Shown: one piece after another, positions 29,211 through 40,542 of the stretch
Position numbering within the stretch: position 1 is the stretch's first letter
Layout: each line of letters starts with the position of its first letter
NCBI GenBank assembly: GCA_049968235.1
Contig: JBMFRC010000005.1
Span: 96,001-160,000, forward strand
Direction: 5' to 3'
Source: Candidatus Hydrogenedens sp.
GTDB taxonomy: Bacteria > Hydrogenedentota > Hydrogenedentia > Hydrogenedentales > Hydrogenedentaceae
Length of the DNA: 64,000 nt
Position numbers and translations under genes: made by a program
Notes under the pieces: model-generated
Seen by the model: the letters and a program-made list of their open reading frames with translations, nothing else
Databases searched by the model: none
What the model was told of the DNA's origin: nothing

Positions 29211-32200
29211 ATGGCTGTGGCTCCCCGAACAGAACGTATTTCATTATCCCGAGCACCTGAGGATTTATCTCATCTGCCCAATCTCATCGAAATTCAGACC
29301 AAATCGTTTGCGGATTTTTTGCAATGGGAGATTCCTCCCCATGAACGGCAAAATAAAGGACTGCAAGCGGTTCTTAACGAGTATTTCCCTATTGAGTCGC
29401 CTAATGGTTTGACGAAATTAGAGTTTGTGTCATACAACATTATCCCTCCAAAATATACAATTGAAGAGTGTCAAAATTTAGGATTGACTTATAGTGGCAC
29501 ATTAAAAGCTACAATGAGACTTACAACATATGAAGAATCCCTCAAAGGTGAAAAGGAAGAGAAGCAGGTTCTTGAACAAGAGGTTTTTATAGCAGAAGTT
29601 CCATTAATGACACCCACAGGAACCTTTATTATTAATGGAGCGGAACGCGTTATTGTAAGTCAATTACATAAATCTCCGGGGGTTTCTTTTGAAAAAAAAC
29701 AGCATCAAGGAGGAAAATACCTTTTATCTGCCCGAATTATTCCCTATCATGGAGCGTGGATAGAATTTGAATATGATATTAATGATGTGTTGTGGATTAT
29801 TGTGGACCGCCGGGTGCGAATGCTGGCAACAACATTCTTAAAGGCTTTAGGATATGTTGAGCCGGATGAAATTCTGAAGATGTTTTATAGGATGGACCGT
29901 GTTCAGATAAAACGGAGTAAGGCATGTATCTTCCAGAAACAGAGGGTAAAGCGTGGAGGTAAAGAAACGGAGAAAGAAGTAGAGACCCGTGTAGAGGTGA
30001 AAGAACTTGTAGGCAATTGGCTTGCCATGGATATAATAGACCCTGAAACCGGTGAAGTTATTGCAGATGCCTCATCACAAATTACAACTGCGGTATTAAA
30101 TGCAATTCTTCGTTCTCCTATTCGAGAGTTTTATATCTTAAATAAGCAGGATGTGCTGAGTGATATAAGTATTGCTCAAACATTGAATATGGATCAGGCT
30201 CAAACGCAAGAAGAGGCGCTTCGTGAGATTTATATTCGTATGAGACCAGGAGACCCGACCAATGATGCTCAATGTCGGAAGCATTTTGAAAGCCTATTTT
30301 TTGACCCGGCTCGTTATGATTTTGCATCCGTAGGCAGGTATAAAATTAACAGAAAATTAGGGTTACAGATTTCACAGAAACAGCGGACTTTGACAAAGGA
30401 AGATATCCTTGAAACCCTTAAATATTTAGTGAAATTACATCGAGGCGAAGGGACTCTGGATGATATTGACCATTTAGGTAATCGCCGTGTAAGGACAGTG
30501 GGTGAACAATTAATGAATCAATTCCGAATTGGTATGGCGCGGATGGAGAAAACAATCCGCGAACGAATGAATTACCGTTCTGAAGACCAGGAATATACCC
30601 CACAATCACTTATCAATTCGAAGCCGGTGGGAATGGTGTTGAAGGAATTTTTCGGAAGGAGTCAGTTATCCCATTTTATGGACCAAATCAATCCTTTATC
30701 CGAACTAACTCATAAACGACGATTAAGTGCATTGGGACCTGGTGGATTAAATCGTGACCGTGCTGGTTTCGAGGTCCGCGATGTTCATCCGACCCATTAT
30801 GGTCGAATCTGCCCGATAGAAACACCTGAAGGACCGAATATCGGATTAATGGCTTCGATGGCAACATATGCACGAATAAATGAATATGGTTTTCTTGAAA
30901 CGCCCTATCGTAAGGTGGAAAATGGAAGAGTCACGGATGAAATTGTTTACCTGACCGCTTATGATGAAGATAATTATAAAATTGCTCAGGCAAATGAACC
31001 TCTGGATAATAAAGGGAAGTTTACAAATCATTTGGTACTTTGCCGACATAAAGGGGACTTCCCAATGGTTCCACCGGAAGAGGTGGATTTTATGGATGTG
31101 TCTCCCAAGCAAATTGTAAGTGCGGCTGCCGCATTAGTCCCATTTCTGGAACACGATGATGCAAACCGTGCCTTGATGGGTTCTAATATGCAACGGCAGG
31201 CAGTTCCTTTATTAAAAGCGGAACAACCTCTTGTAGGAACCGGTCTGGAAAAAATCTGTGCAATAAATTCAGGAACTGCCGTTCGGGCTGAACGGTCTGG
31301 AATTGTAGAATATGCGGATAGCGAAGTGATTCGTATACGTATCGACAGTGCAAAAACAGATAATCCATTTAAGTTGGAAGAAGATGTATATCACTTAAAG
31401 AAATTTACGCGTTCCAATCAAAGTACCTGCATTAATCAAAAGCCTATTGTCCAGAAAGGGGATAGGGTAAGTGCAGGAGATATAATTGCAGATGGACCGG
31501 GTATGTGTGATGGAGAAATGGCATTAGGTAGAAATGTTTTAGTTGCGTTTCTACCGTGGGAAGGATATAACTTTGAAGATGCTATTATCCTGAGTGAAGA
31601 ATTGATTAAAGATGATGTCTTTACCTCTATTCAGGTGGAAGTATTTGAGATTGAAGCACGAGATACAAAATTAGGACCGGAAGAAATTACTCCTGATATT
31701 CCGAATGAAGGGGAAGAGACCCTGAAAAATCTTGATGAGAATGGAATTATTCATATTGGCTCAAAAGTTAAGCCGGGAGATATTCTTGTCGGTAAAGTAA
31801 CACCAAAAGGTGAACAGGAACTGGCACCGGAAGAAAAATTATTAATTGCTATATTCGGAGAAAAAGCAGAGGATGTACGAAATGCCTCTTTATATGTTCC
31901 TCCCGGTACAGAAGGAATAGTTGTGGATGTAAAGGTATCCAGTCGTCGCAATAAATCTATAGATAAACAAACCAAAGCGAGAATTACCCGAGAAGCAGAA
32001 CGTATTAAGCAAGAATATGCTGGGCGGATAGAGAAAATTCGAAAAACTTTTGTGGATTTAGTTCGCGATGATATGTTGGGGCAAAGAATAACGGAAGATG
32101 TTTTCGATTATACAACAAATGCCTATGTGCTTGAAAAAGGCAAATCAGTAAGACCATCACACTTAAAGGATTTGGAGTATTCCATATTAGGACGGTTGAA

Positions 32201-33122
32201 AATTGAAGACAGGAAAATCCAATCGCGGTTTACAAAATTAGTGAATCAGGCAGCGTTAGAAGAACAAAAACTATTGTCATTCCGTGAGAAAGATTTGGAA
32301 CGGTTGAGAGAAGGAGATGAATTACCTCCGGGTGTAAATAAGGTTGTGAAGGTTTATATCGCAACCAAGCGAAAAATGTCTGTTGGTGATAAAATGGCAG
32401 GACGCCATGGAAATAAAGGTGTTGTAGCGAAAATTGTTCCTGTGGAAGATATGCCATTCCTCCCGGATGGAACGCCTATCCAGATTATCTTAAATCCTCT
32501 CGGTGTCCCTTCACGAATGAATGTGGGACAAATTTTAGAAACGCATTTAGGCTGGGCGTTGAAAGTGCTTGGGTTGAAAGTAGCCTCTCCTGTATTTAAC
32601 GGACCGAAAGAAGAGACAATTATAGATTATTTGAAGAAGGCAGGACTTCCCACAAATGGCAAGATAAAACTTCGTGACGGAAAGACGGGTGAAGAATTTC
32701 ATCATGAGACCTGTGTGGGTTATATCTATATGATGAAATTAAATCACATGGTAGATGATAAGATACATGCGCGTGCTATCGGTCCTTATTCCTTAGTAAC
32801 ACAACAGCCATTAGGTGGTAAAGCCAATTCAGGAGGACAGCGATTTGGAGAAATGGAAGTCTGGGCATTAGAGGCGTATGGTGCGGCATATACTCTTCAA
32901 GAGATGCTTACGATAAAATCGGATGATATTCAAGGCAGAACCAAGATTTACGATGCTATCGTAAAAGGGCATTACGAGGTTGAACCCTCTGTACCAGAAT
33001 CCTTTAATGTAATAATCCGTGAAATGCAGAGTTTATGTCTTGATGTAATAAAACTTGCGAAAGTTGAAACAGCAATAGATACAGAAGAAAAAGAAGACGA
33101 GGAGGATATATACATTGGCTAA
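29211..33122 (+). CDS. rpoB: DNA-directed RNA polymerase beta subunit
   Basis: Unmistakable RpoB blocks, including 'GPGGL', 'NMQRQAVPL' and '[14 protein letters not shown]'. Confidence 0.97.
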   Translation: MAVAPRTERISLSRAPEDLSHLPNLIEIQTKSFADFLQWEIPPHERQNKGLQAVLNEYFPIESPNGLTKLEFVSYNIIPPKYTIEECQNLGLTYSGTLKATMRLTTYEESLKGEKEEKQVLEQEVFIAEVPLMTPTGTFIINGAERVIVSQLHKSPGVSFEKKQHQGGKYLLSARIIPYHGAWIEFEYDINDVLWIIVDRRVRMLATTFLKALGYVEPDEILKMFYRMDRVQIKRSKACIFQKQRVKRGGKETEKEVETRVEVKELVGNWLAMDIIDPETGEVIADASSQITTAVLNAILRSPIREFYILNKQDVLSDISIAQTLNMDQAQTQEEALREIYIRMRPGDPTNDAQCRKHFESLFFDPARYDFASVGRYKINRKLGLQISQKQRTLTKEDILETLKYLVKLHRGEGTLDDIDHLGNRRVRTVGEQLMNQFRIGMARMEKTIRERMNYRSEDQEYTPQSLINSKPVGMVLKEFFGRSQLSHFMDQINPLSELTHKRRLSALGPGGLNRDRAGFEVRDVHPTHYGRICPIETPEGPNIGLMASMATYARINEYGFLETPYRKVENGRVTDEIVYLTAYDEDNYKIAQANEPLDNKGKFTNHLVLCRHKGDFPMVPPEEVDFMDVSPKQIVSAAAALVPFLEHDDANRALMGSNMQRQAVPLLKAEQPLVGTGLEKICAINSGTAVRAERSGIVEYADSEVIRIRIDSAKTDNPFKLEEDVYHLKKFTRSNQSTCINQKPIVQKGDRVSAGDIIADGPGMCDGEMALGRNVLVAFLPWEGYNFEDAIILSEELIKDDVFTSIQVEVFEIEARDTKLGPEEITPDIPNEGEETLKNLDENGIIHIGSKVKPGDILVGKVTPKGEQELAPEEKLLIAIFGEKAEDVRNASLYVPPGTEGIVVDVKVSSRRNKSIDKQTKARITREAERIKQEYAGRIEKIRKTFVDLVRDDMLGQRITEDVFDYTTNAYVLEKGKSVRPSHLKDLEYSILGRLKIEDRKIQSRFTKLVNQAALEEQKLLSFREKDLERLREGDELPPGVNKVVKVYIATKRKMSVGDKMAGRHGNKGVVAKIVPVEDMPFLPDGTPIQIILNPLGVPSRMNVGQILETHLGWALKVLGLKVASPVFNGPKEETIIDYLKKAGLPTNGKIKLRDGKTGEEFHHETCVGYIYMMKLNHMVDDKIHARAIGPYSLVTQQPLGGKANSGGQRFGEMEVWALEAYGAAYTLQEMLTIKSDDIQGRTKIYDAIVKGHYEVEPSVPESFNVIIREMQSLCLDVIKLAKVETAIDTEEKEDEEDIYIG

Positions 33123-36100
33123 ATATGTACCTACCACATCAGACCGATTTGATGCACTTCAAATTCGGATTGCTTCTCCCGAAGAAATAATGAAATGGTC
33201 AAGGGGAGAAGTAAAAAAGCCTGAAACGCTGAACTATCGGACTTTTAAGCCAGAGAAAGACGGTCTCTTCTGCGAGAAGATATTTGGTCCCACAAAGGAC
33301 TGGGAATGCGGTTGTGGTAAGTATAAGAAAATAAAACATCGGGGTATTGTTTGTGATAAATGCGGTGTTGAAATTACTGAGGCTAAAGTGCGACGGGAAC
33401 GAATGGGTTCAATTCGTCTTGCTGCACCTGTTGCCCATATCTGGTTCTTTAAGAATAATCCCTCGTGTATGGGTAACCTTCTGGATATGCCTGTCCGCAG
33501 TCTGGAACGGGTTATTTATTATGAAAGTTATATTGTAATAGACCCCGGCACAACTCGTCTGGAAAAGATGCAGATTTTATCGGAAGATGAATATCAGGAT
33601 GCAGTGGAAGAATTTGGTTCTAACACATTCAAAGCGAAGATGGGTGCAGAAGCGATAAAGATTTTATTAGAAGAGATAAATTTGGATGCGTTATCATCGG
33701 AACTTCGTGAACAATTTGCAAATTCTACATCAGCACAAACTCGTTCAAAAGCAATCAAACGATTACAAATAGTAGAAGCATTTCGCAAATCAGGGAATCA
33801 ACCATCATGGATGATTCTGGATGTAATCCCTGTTTTGCCCCCCGATTTAAGACCCCTTGTCCCACTGGATGGAGGACGATATGCCACCAGTGATTTAAAT
33901 GACCTTTATCGGCGTGTGTTAAACCGCAATAACCGTCTCAAGAAAATCATGGAAATTCGCACACCGGAGATTATTGTCCGTAATGAGAAACGGATGCTTC
34001 AAGAGGCGGTAGATGCTCTATTTGATAATGGAAGGCATGGTAGAGCGGTAGTAGGTACCAACTTGCGACCTTTGAAATCTTTAAGCGATTTCATCAAAGG
34101 GAAACAGGGACGTTTCCGTCAGAATTTATTAGGTAAGCGTGTGGATTATTCCGGTCGTTCCGTTATCGTTGTGGGTCCGGAGTTAAAACTCAATCAATGT
34201 GGCTTACCCAAACGCATGGCTCTGGCTCTGTTCGAACCGTTTGTTATTAGTCGTCTTCAGGAAAAAGGAACTGCTATAACAATTAAAGCGGCACGAAAAA
34301 TGATACAACAAGAGAGACCAGAGGTATGGGATGTGATAGAAGAAGTAATCAAAGACCATCCTGTGCTTCTGAACCGTGCCCCAACGCTACACCGACTGGG
34401 AATTCAGGCATTCCAACCAATTTTGATAGAAGGAAATGCTATCCGCATACATCCCCTGGTGTGTAGAGCATACAATGCAGACTTTGATGGGGACCAGATG
34501 GCAGTGCATGTGCCTTTAACCCCCGCAGCGCAATTAGAGGCGCATCTCTTAATGATGGGTTCATCCAATATTTTTTCGCCGTCCGATGGTTCTCCTATCG
34601 TTACACCCAGTCAGGATATTGTTCTGGGTATTGCATGGTTATCCCGTTCTCGTCCCGGAGCAAAAGGGGAATGGAAAGAAGAGTGGAAAACAGTGCAAGG
34701 GGAAGTTCTTTGTAATGCAGGGAAAATATATCCGGACAAAGAATCTGTCCTGTTAGCATATCACTTTGGGCATGTGGATATTCATGCAAGAATAAAAATC
34801 CACACTCAGGGTAAAATAGTGGATACAACCGTAGGTAGGGTTATTCTTTGGGATGCACTACCTCCTGAAATTCAATTGGAAGATGTAAATATAGAACATA
34901 ACCAATCCACAATTGGTAAGGTTATTGCGGATTGTTATAAAAGATTTGGACATCGCAAGACAGTAGAATTGCTGGATTGTTTGAAGAATGTCGGGTTTAA
35001 ATATGCTACGAAGTCAGGACTTTCTATCGCAATAGAAGATATGACCATTCCGCCGGATAAAGAAAAGATATTAGCCCGTGCACGTAAACAAGTGGAGAAT
35101 ATCGAACAACAATATCAGCATGGCTTGTTGACACAGAGAGAACGAACCAACAAAATTATTGAGGAATGGAAACGGGCGACGGATGAGGTATCTACGGTAA
35201 TGTTAACCACCCTTGAACAGAAAGAACAGGGCTTTACCGGTTTGTATTTAATGTATACATCAAAAGCGAGAGGTAGTAAGGACCAGATTCGACAGTTAGC
35301 GGGTATGCGTGGTGTAATGGCAAAACCATCAGGTGATGTTATCGAAACGCCGATTACTTCCAATTTCAGGGAAGGACTTAGTGTGCTGGAATATTTCATT
35401 TCTGCTCATGGTGCTCGCAAGGGTCTGGCAGATACCGCATTAAAGACGGCGGATGCGGGATATCTTACGCGACGACTGGTAGATGTTGCTCAGGATGTAA
35501 CTATAGAAGAGTATGATTGCGGAACAATGAACGGTGTGTATGTCGAACCATTAACATCCGGTCCCGATATTGTTACTTCGTTAGATGAGCGAATTGTAGG
35601 AAGATATGCTCTGGACGATATTATTGTTCCGGGATATTCCGAGCCTGTTGTTCGTGCGAACGAAGAGATTACAGAAGAAAAAGCGAAGGTGATAATGGAA
35701 TCCGGTTTACCGGGTATTTATGTGCGTTCCGTGCTTACATGTCAGTCAAAAAGAGGTGTATGTGCCTTATGTTATGGTAGAAATCTTGCAACAGGTAGAT
35801 TGGTTGAATTGGGTGAAGCGGTCGGTATCATTGCTGCACAGGCTATCGGAGAACCCGGTACGCAGTTGACCATGAGAACTTTCCACATCGGAGGTGCGGC
35901 AAGTCTACAGTTGGAAAATCCTGAAATTCGTATCCCGGAAAGTGGTAAGGTTATATTCAACAATATTAGAACCGATAAGAACCGTAAAGGGGAAACTGTT
36001 ATCTTAAATCGTGGCGGAGAAATTCGTGTTCTCAATGATGAAGGGAAAGAGATTATTCGTTTTGCTCCGGCTATGGGCTCTGTTCTCTTTTGTGAAGATG

Positions 36101-37251
36101 GGCAGAAATTGAAGAGAGGTGCCTTATTGTATAAATGGGACCCCTACAACCAGGTTATTGTGGCGGAACGTTCCGGTAAAGTTAAATTGGAAGGTGTTGT
36201 AGAAGGTGTTACCATGCAGGTGGAGATAAATCCAGAAACGCGACTGGAAGAGCGTGTTATTTCAGAACATAAACATGATTTACATCCGCAGGTGCTCATT
36301 GTAAGTGAACATAACGAAGTATTAGCCTTTGCTCCGTTACCTCCCGAGACGCATTTGATGATAAAGGACGGAGATAAAGTCGAAGCGGGAGATATTCTTG
36401 CTAAGACACCTCGTAAATTAGGTAAAACAAAGGATATTGTAGGTGGTCTACCTCGTGTAGCGGAATTATTTGAAGCCCGCGTTCCTAAAAATCCTGCTAT
36501 TATCAGTCATATTGATGGTATAGTAGAAATTGGTGGTTCTTTCAAGGGTATGCGTAAGGTAAAAGTTGTCCCGAAGATTGGTAAAGAGCGTGAATATACT
36601 ATTCCGCCCGGTAAACACCTTTATGTGCAACAAGGAGACCGTGTATATGCGGGACAACAATTAACCGATGGACCCATTATTCTTGAAGATATTCTCGAAA
36701 TCAAGGGAGAAGAAGCGGTTCGCAAATATATCCTGGACGAAATTCAAAGAGTATACCGTGCACAGGGTGTGCGAACCAATGATAAACATCTCGAAATTAT
36801 AATTCGGCAGATGCTCCGTAAAGTGCGTATTAAAGAGAACACCGGCGATTCCCCCTTTGTTGCCCATGAAATCGTTGACCGTTCTAAATTTGAGGAGATT
36901 AATGAAAAAATTATTCGCCGTGGAGGGAAACCGGCAGAGGCAGAACCCATATTGCAGGGAATAAGTAAATCTGCATTAAGCACAGAGAGTTTTATTGCAG
37001 CTGCATCTTTCCAGCATACAACACGTGTTTTGACCGATGCAGCCATTCGTGGAAAGCGAGACCATCTCCGTGGATTGAAAGAGAATGTCATCATAGGACA
37101 TCTCATTCCAGCGGGAACAGGTAGTCGCTTCTATCAAAAATCAGAACCCGTTTTAGCAAGTATTTCCGAAAAAGAATTAGAAGAACATCTGGAAATACAA
37201 ACCGAAGAAAAAGAAAACTATTTGGATATGGAAGAATACAAGACGGAATAA
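33115..37251 (+). CDS. rpoC: DNA-directed RNA polymerase beta' subunit (TTG start overlapping the rpoB stop)
   Basis: The N-terminus aligns with RpoC '[29 protein letters not shown]...[24 protein letters not shown]'. The '[12 protein letters not shown]' catalytic motif is present. Confidence 0.97.
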   Translation: MAKYVPTTSDRFDALQIRIASPEEIMKWSRGEVKKPETLNYRTFKPEKDGLFCEKIFGPTKDWECGCGKYKKIKHRGIVCDKCGVEITEAKVRRERMGSIRLAAPVAHIWFFKNNPSCMGNLLDMPVRSLERVIYYESYIVIDPGTTRLEKMQILSEDEYQDAVEEFGSNTFKAKMGAEAIKILLEEINLDALSSELREQFANSTSAQTRSKAIKRLQIVEAFRKSGNQPSWMILDVIPVLPPDLRPLVPLDGGRYATSDLNDLYRRVLNRNNRLKKIMEIRTPEIIVRNEKRMLQEAVDALFDNGRHGRAVVGTNLRPLKSLSDFIKGKQGRFRQNLLGKRVDYSGRSVIVVGPELKLNQCGLPKRMALALFEPFVISRLQEKGTAITIKAARKMIQQERPEVWDVIEEVIKDHPVLLNRAPTLHRLGIQAFQPILIEGNAIRIHPLVCRAYNADFDGDQMAVHVPLTPAAQLEAHLLMMGSSNIFSPSDGSPIVTPSQDIVLGIAWLSRSRPGAKGEWKEEWKTVQGEVLCNAGKIYPDKESVLLAYHFGHVDIHARIKIHTQGKIVDTTVGRVILWDALPPEIQLEDVNIEHNQSTIGKVIADCYKRFGHRKTVELLDCLKNVGFKYATKSGLSIAIEDMTIPPDKEKILARARKQVENIEQQYQHGLLTQRERTNKIIEEWKRATDEVSTVMLTTLEQKEQGFTGLYLMYTSKARGSKDQIRQLAGMRGVMAKPSGDVIETPITSNFREGLSVLEYFISAHGARKGLADTALKTADAGYLTRRLVDVAQDVTIEEYDCGTMNGVYVEPLTSGPDIVTSLDERIVGRYALDDIIVPGYSEPVVRANEEITEEKAKVIMESGLPGIYVRSVLTCQSKRGVCALCYGRNLATGRLVELGEAVGIIAAQAIGEPGTQLTMRTFHIGGAASLQLENPEIRIPESGKVIFNNIRTDKNRKGETVILNRGGEIRVLNDEGKEIIRFAPAMGSVLFCEDGQKLKRGALLYKWDPYNQVIVAERSGKVKLEGVVEGVTMQVEINPETRLEERVISEHKHDLHPQVLIVSEHNEVLAFAPLPPETHLMIKDGDKVEAGDILAKTPRKLGKTKDIVGGLPRVAELFEARVPKNPAIISHIDGIVEIGGSFKGMRKVKVVPKIGKEREYTIPPGKHLYVQQGDRVYAGQQLTDGPIILEDILEIKGEEAVRKYILDEIQRVYRAQGVRTNDKHLEIIIRQMLRKVRIKENTGDSPFVAHEIVDRSKFEEINEKIIRRGGKPAEAEPILQGISKSALSTESFIAAASFQHTTRVLTDAAIRGKRDHLRGLKENVIIGHLIPAGTGSRFYQKSEPVLASISEKELEEHLEIQTEEKENYLDMEEYKTE

Positions 37252-37293
37252 GGTTCACGCCATTAGAAAAATAGTAATAAAAATAGTATAATA

Positions 37294-37330
37294 GGGAAGA
37301 TAAATATAATGTTTATCTTCCCTATTTTAG
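37294..37330 (+). terminator. Rho-independent terminator after rpoC
   Basis: Perfect 11-bp stem GGGAAGATAAA / TTTATCTTCCC with a 7-nt loop, followed by 'tatttt'. Confidence 0.7.
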
Positions 37331-37544
37331 TATAATCAATATAAAGGGTATTGAGATGAAACATATAAAACCTATTTCTGCAAGAACAAAAGAACTGGAT
37401 TGGGGGCTAAATTCCGGCCTGGGTGGTATTATGGTCATTATTCAAGCAATAATTTCATTATTGAATGCTATCGGTTCGATAAAAGGAACAGGTTCAGAAA
37501 CAACGAACAATTAAAAAATTACATAACGAAAAGAGGAAAATTGT

Positions 37545-38495
37545 ATGTCTATCATATCATTTGTAACAATAGGAATCCTGTCCATAAGCGGAGTATTATT
37601 AGATGGTATTGTTGCCACAGTAGATAATGAACCTATACTTATGAGCGACCTGCGAGAGGAAATTGCCCCCTTCCTTGCTGACTTACAATCGCAGGGAGCC
37701 ACAGCCCAGCAAATACAGCAGGAGATGGAAAAAGCCCTTCAAAAGGCATTAGACCGTTATATCGAAAGACTTCTCCTCTATCGTAAAGCAGTCAACGAGG
37801 GATTGCAGGTAGATGAAAAAGAAATTGATGAGCGTGTTAACAAAATAAAAAAACGCTACGGCTCTCCGGAAGAATTTAATCGTCTTTTAGCAGAAAGCGG
37901 AGAGGTGATGAGTGAATTTCGTGAACGAATAAAACAACAACTTATTGCCCTTTCCTATGCTTTGAAAAAAAGAAAAGAATTTGAAAAAGAAATTACAATA
38001 TCCGAACCCGATATTGCCAAATACTACAACGAACATATTGAAGAATTTCAAAATCCGCAACGCATCAAGGTCCGCAGAATATTTCTATCCGCACCCAGAG
38101 AAGGGGAGGAACGGACAAAAGTAAAAGAATACATTTTAGAAATATTTGACCGTTTAAAACAGGGTGCGGATTTCGGCTCCATAGCTGAAAATGAATCTCA
38201 AGGTCCTGAAGCCGATAAATCTGGACTTATTGGCTGGGTATCCAGAGGTGATTTAGTTCCCGAATTAGAACAGGAAATCGAAAAAATGTCCGTTGGCGAA
38301 ATTAGCCAACCCATCGAGACCGAATGGGGTTTTCATATCCTGAAAGTAGAAGAAAAAGAAGACAGCGGGAAACTTTCCTACGAACAGGCTCGTATCATTA
38401 TCGAACCAAAACTCAAAGAACAATACATCAACGACCGTTATCAAAAATGGCTCAATGAAATAAAAAAAGGAGCCAATATCCGCATATTCATGTAA
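37545..38495 (+). CDS. Parvulin (PpiC)-type peptidyl-prolyl isomerase, SurA/PrsA-like
   Basis: N-terminal TM/signal anchor, a chaperone-like helical domain and the PpiC domain 'SGLIGWVSRGDLVPELEQEIEKMSVGEISQPIETEWGFHILKVEEK'. Confidence 0.75.
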   Translation: MSIISFVTIGILSISGVLLDGIVATVDNEPILMSDLREEIAPFLADLQSQGATAQQIQQEMEKALQKALDRYIERLLLYRKAVNEGLQVDEKEIDERVNKIKKRYGSPEEFNRLLAESGEVMSEFRERIKQQLIALSYALKKRKEFEKEITISEPDIAKYYNEHIEEFQNPQRIKVRRIFLSAPREGEERTKVKEYILEIFDRLKQGADFGSIAENESQGPEADKSGLIGWVSRGDLVPELEQEIEKMSVGEISQPIETEWGFHILKVEEKEDSGKLSYEQARIIIEPKLKEQYINDRYQKWLNEIKKGANIRIFM

Positions 38496-38750
38496 TAATG
38501 AAATGTATAAGCAATAAAAAAAGCACAGATTTCAATTTTCTTTAAACCTTCAATTATAATCTATATAACATTTTCTTCCAGTCGGATATTTCTCCCCTTC
38601 CAATTATCAGTATTTGATTCTTTTGGGATTAATTCTAAAACAAATTATATTAATAGCAATAATTTTTTAGGAACTAAACGAAATGAGAAGGTATTTATAT
38701 ATTAATAGTATTATTATAAAAATAATTATGAAATATTTTCTAAGAAAAGC

Positions 38751-38779
38751 TTGACAAATAATTTTTTTTTTTGTATAAT
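38751..38779 (+). promoter_or_regulatory. Consensus sigma-70 promoter TTGACA-17-TATAAT whose spacer contains a T11 homopolymer, upstream of the 38822 CDS
   Basis: Read directly. A strong SD 'aggaggt' lies 5 nt before ATG 38822. Confidence 0.55.
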
Positions 38780-38821
38780 TAAAATTATTAAATTTGAAAT
38801 TCAATAATAGGAGGTCCAATC

Positions 38822-40378
38822 ATGATTAAGCCATTCAAAAGAGCAACAACAAGATTCATTTTGACAGGCATATGCTTGTTAATTATTACAAGTTCTGTTT
38901 ATGGATTGAATACTGATTTTATTCAAAAAGTTAAGGAAACAGAAAAATTAGTTTACGCCGATGTGAATAACAACTACATAAAAGATGCCCTTCAGAAATT
39001 GATAGACCTGTTTCGTTCTATTCCTGAAAATGATATAGAAAGTGCGGATGCCCTATTAGGACCCCTTCATTTATATAGTTTCATTATAAGCGAGTTTTGT
39101 CGTCCGGAATTTTTATATAAGGAAAAATTATTACAGGAGTATCAATATCCTTCTGACAAGTTATTAATGGCGGTTGCTTATTTGAATAACTCTACTACCC
39201 GTGTAAATACGGCTGTCTCTATTATAAATTGTCTAAATGAGTTGAAGCAAGGAGATAATAGAACCATGACATTTTTAGCGGAGGTGATAGGTGTCTATGC
39301 CTTGACATCAGAAGAAAGTATGAGAATACAAAAAGGAATGGGTTCTGAATTAACAAAGGAGATAGATAAATTATTTATAAATCTTTTCTTTGAAAATTAT
39401 CCGACATTAACAGCCTCTCAATTTGTTTTACAGGACCTCTTAGATAGAGGAATTGAGAAAGTTATTTCCGAATATGGAATGTATAATGTGGATAAACTTG
39501 TGAAAACCTATATCGAAACTCCTGAAAAATTAAATTTATTGGCAGGATTTAATAACACCGATATATCTACTCAAAAACTTTACACGCATCTTTCAGGCTT
39601 TAACAAGGTAGCCAATGTCCTACCTTCTATGAATTTATTCGACATCAAAGAGCAGGTTCTTCATAAATGGGTGGAGATGTTGAGGGAAGAAAAAGATATA
39701 AACACACGATATACACTCATTACATTCTTAAAATGTGGAAGTATTCTAAACAAAGATTGTCAGGAACTTATAAAGACTGCTATCAAGGAAGCCAGCATGA
39801 AAAAAGAGTTAACACCGGATGTCCTATATGCAAAGATTACACTGTTAAAACTTGCTATGAAAAATTACTGGATAAAGGAAGCAGAAGAAATCTTGATGGA
39901 TATTTCTCAATTAGAATTGTTACCTCCTATTCACGGTATTCAAAGTGTTTATGCTCAGCAAAAAAGATTTATGGAAAGAGGAACGGAATATTTTGTTAGA
40001 CTGGGATATTACGACACTGCGAAGAAAGTATTAGAACTCCAATTAGCAAAATACCGCGATAGTCACTTTGAAATGGGGACCAGAACTAAATTGGAAAAGT
40101 TAGAAAAATATCCAGTTGATTATAGCATAGAGTTAATCAATTTAGATATGGTAAAGTCTGATATGAGAAGAAGACCCGAGTTAATTCGTAAATATCTTGA
40201 TGAAATTGTCAAATACACACCTAACCCTGACCTAAAAAACCTTCTTGCTAATCATAATGTAAATCAGCCTTTGAATTATTATACTAAAGACTATCCTATT
40301 ATAGTTCAAAGGTTAGGTCTGAAAAAATTTTTTGAAGAGAGGGGGATACCATACCCTCCCATCGGAACACAAAAATAA
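38822..40378 (+). CDS. Hypothetical secreted alpha-helical protein (first gene of the AT-rich block)
   Basis: Signal peptide 'ILTGICLLIITSSVYG'; 518 aa; no motif I recognise. Confidence 0.55.
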   Translation: MIKPFKRATTRFILTGICLLIITSSVYGLNTDFIQKVKETEKLVYADVNNNYIKDALQKLIDLFRSIPENDIESADALLGPLHLYSFIISEFCRPEFLYKEKLLQEYQYPSDKLLMAVAYLNNSTTRVNTAVSIINCLNELKQGDNRTMTFLAEVIGVYALTSEESMRIQKGMGSELTKEIDKLFINLFFENYPTLTASQFVLQDLLDRGIEKVISEYGMYNVDKLVKTYIETPEKLNLLAGFNNTDISTQKLYTHLSGFNKVANVLPSMNLFDIKEQVLHKWVEMLREEKDINTRYTLITFLKCGSILNKDCQELIKTAIKEASMKKELTPDVLYAKITLLKLAMKNYWIKEAEEILMDISQLELLPPIHGIQSVYAQQKRFMERGTEYFVRLGYYDTAKKVLELQLAKYRDSHFEMGTRTKLEKLEKYPVDYSIELINLDMVKSDMRRRPELIRKYLDEIVKYTPNPDLKNLLANHNVNQPLNYYTKDYPIIVQRLGLKKFFEERGIPYPPIGTQK

Positions 40379-40442
40379 ATTAATAAACAAGAGAGGAGGA
40401 CAAAATATGAAAAGGTTAATACTATATTCATCGGGCTATACT

Positions 40443-40475
<33 letters not shown>

Positions 40476-40542
40476 ACTTCTTTCCATAAGTATTCTGATT
40501 TCAGGTTGTCCACCCCAAAATCCACCTCAGGAGTTTCCTCAA

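Noticed and set aside
29211-37251. Numerous 60-130 aa antisense/alternate-frame ORFs inside rpoB, rpoC, flg, TRAP and other genes in the six-frame track
   Set aside because: They are embedded in high-confidence conserved genes, lack RBSs and give low-complexity products. Treated as spurious.
37400-37627. 75-aa ORF overlapping the start of the PPIase gene
   Set aside because: It overlaps the well-supported PpiC-type gene in another frame, has no RBS and a basic low-complexity product.
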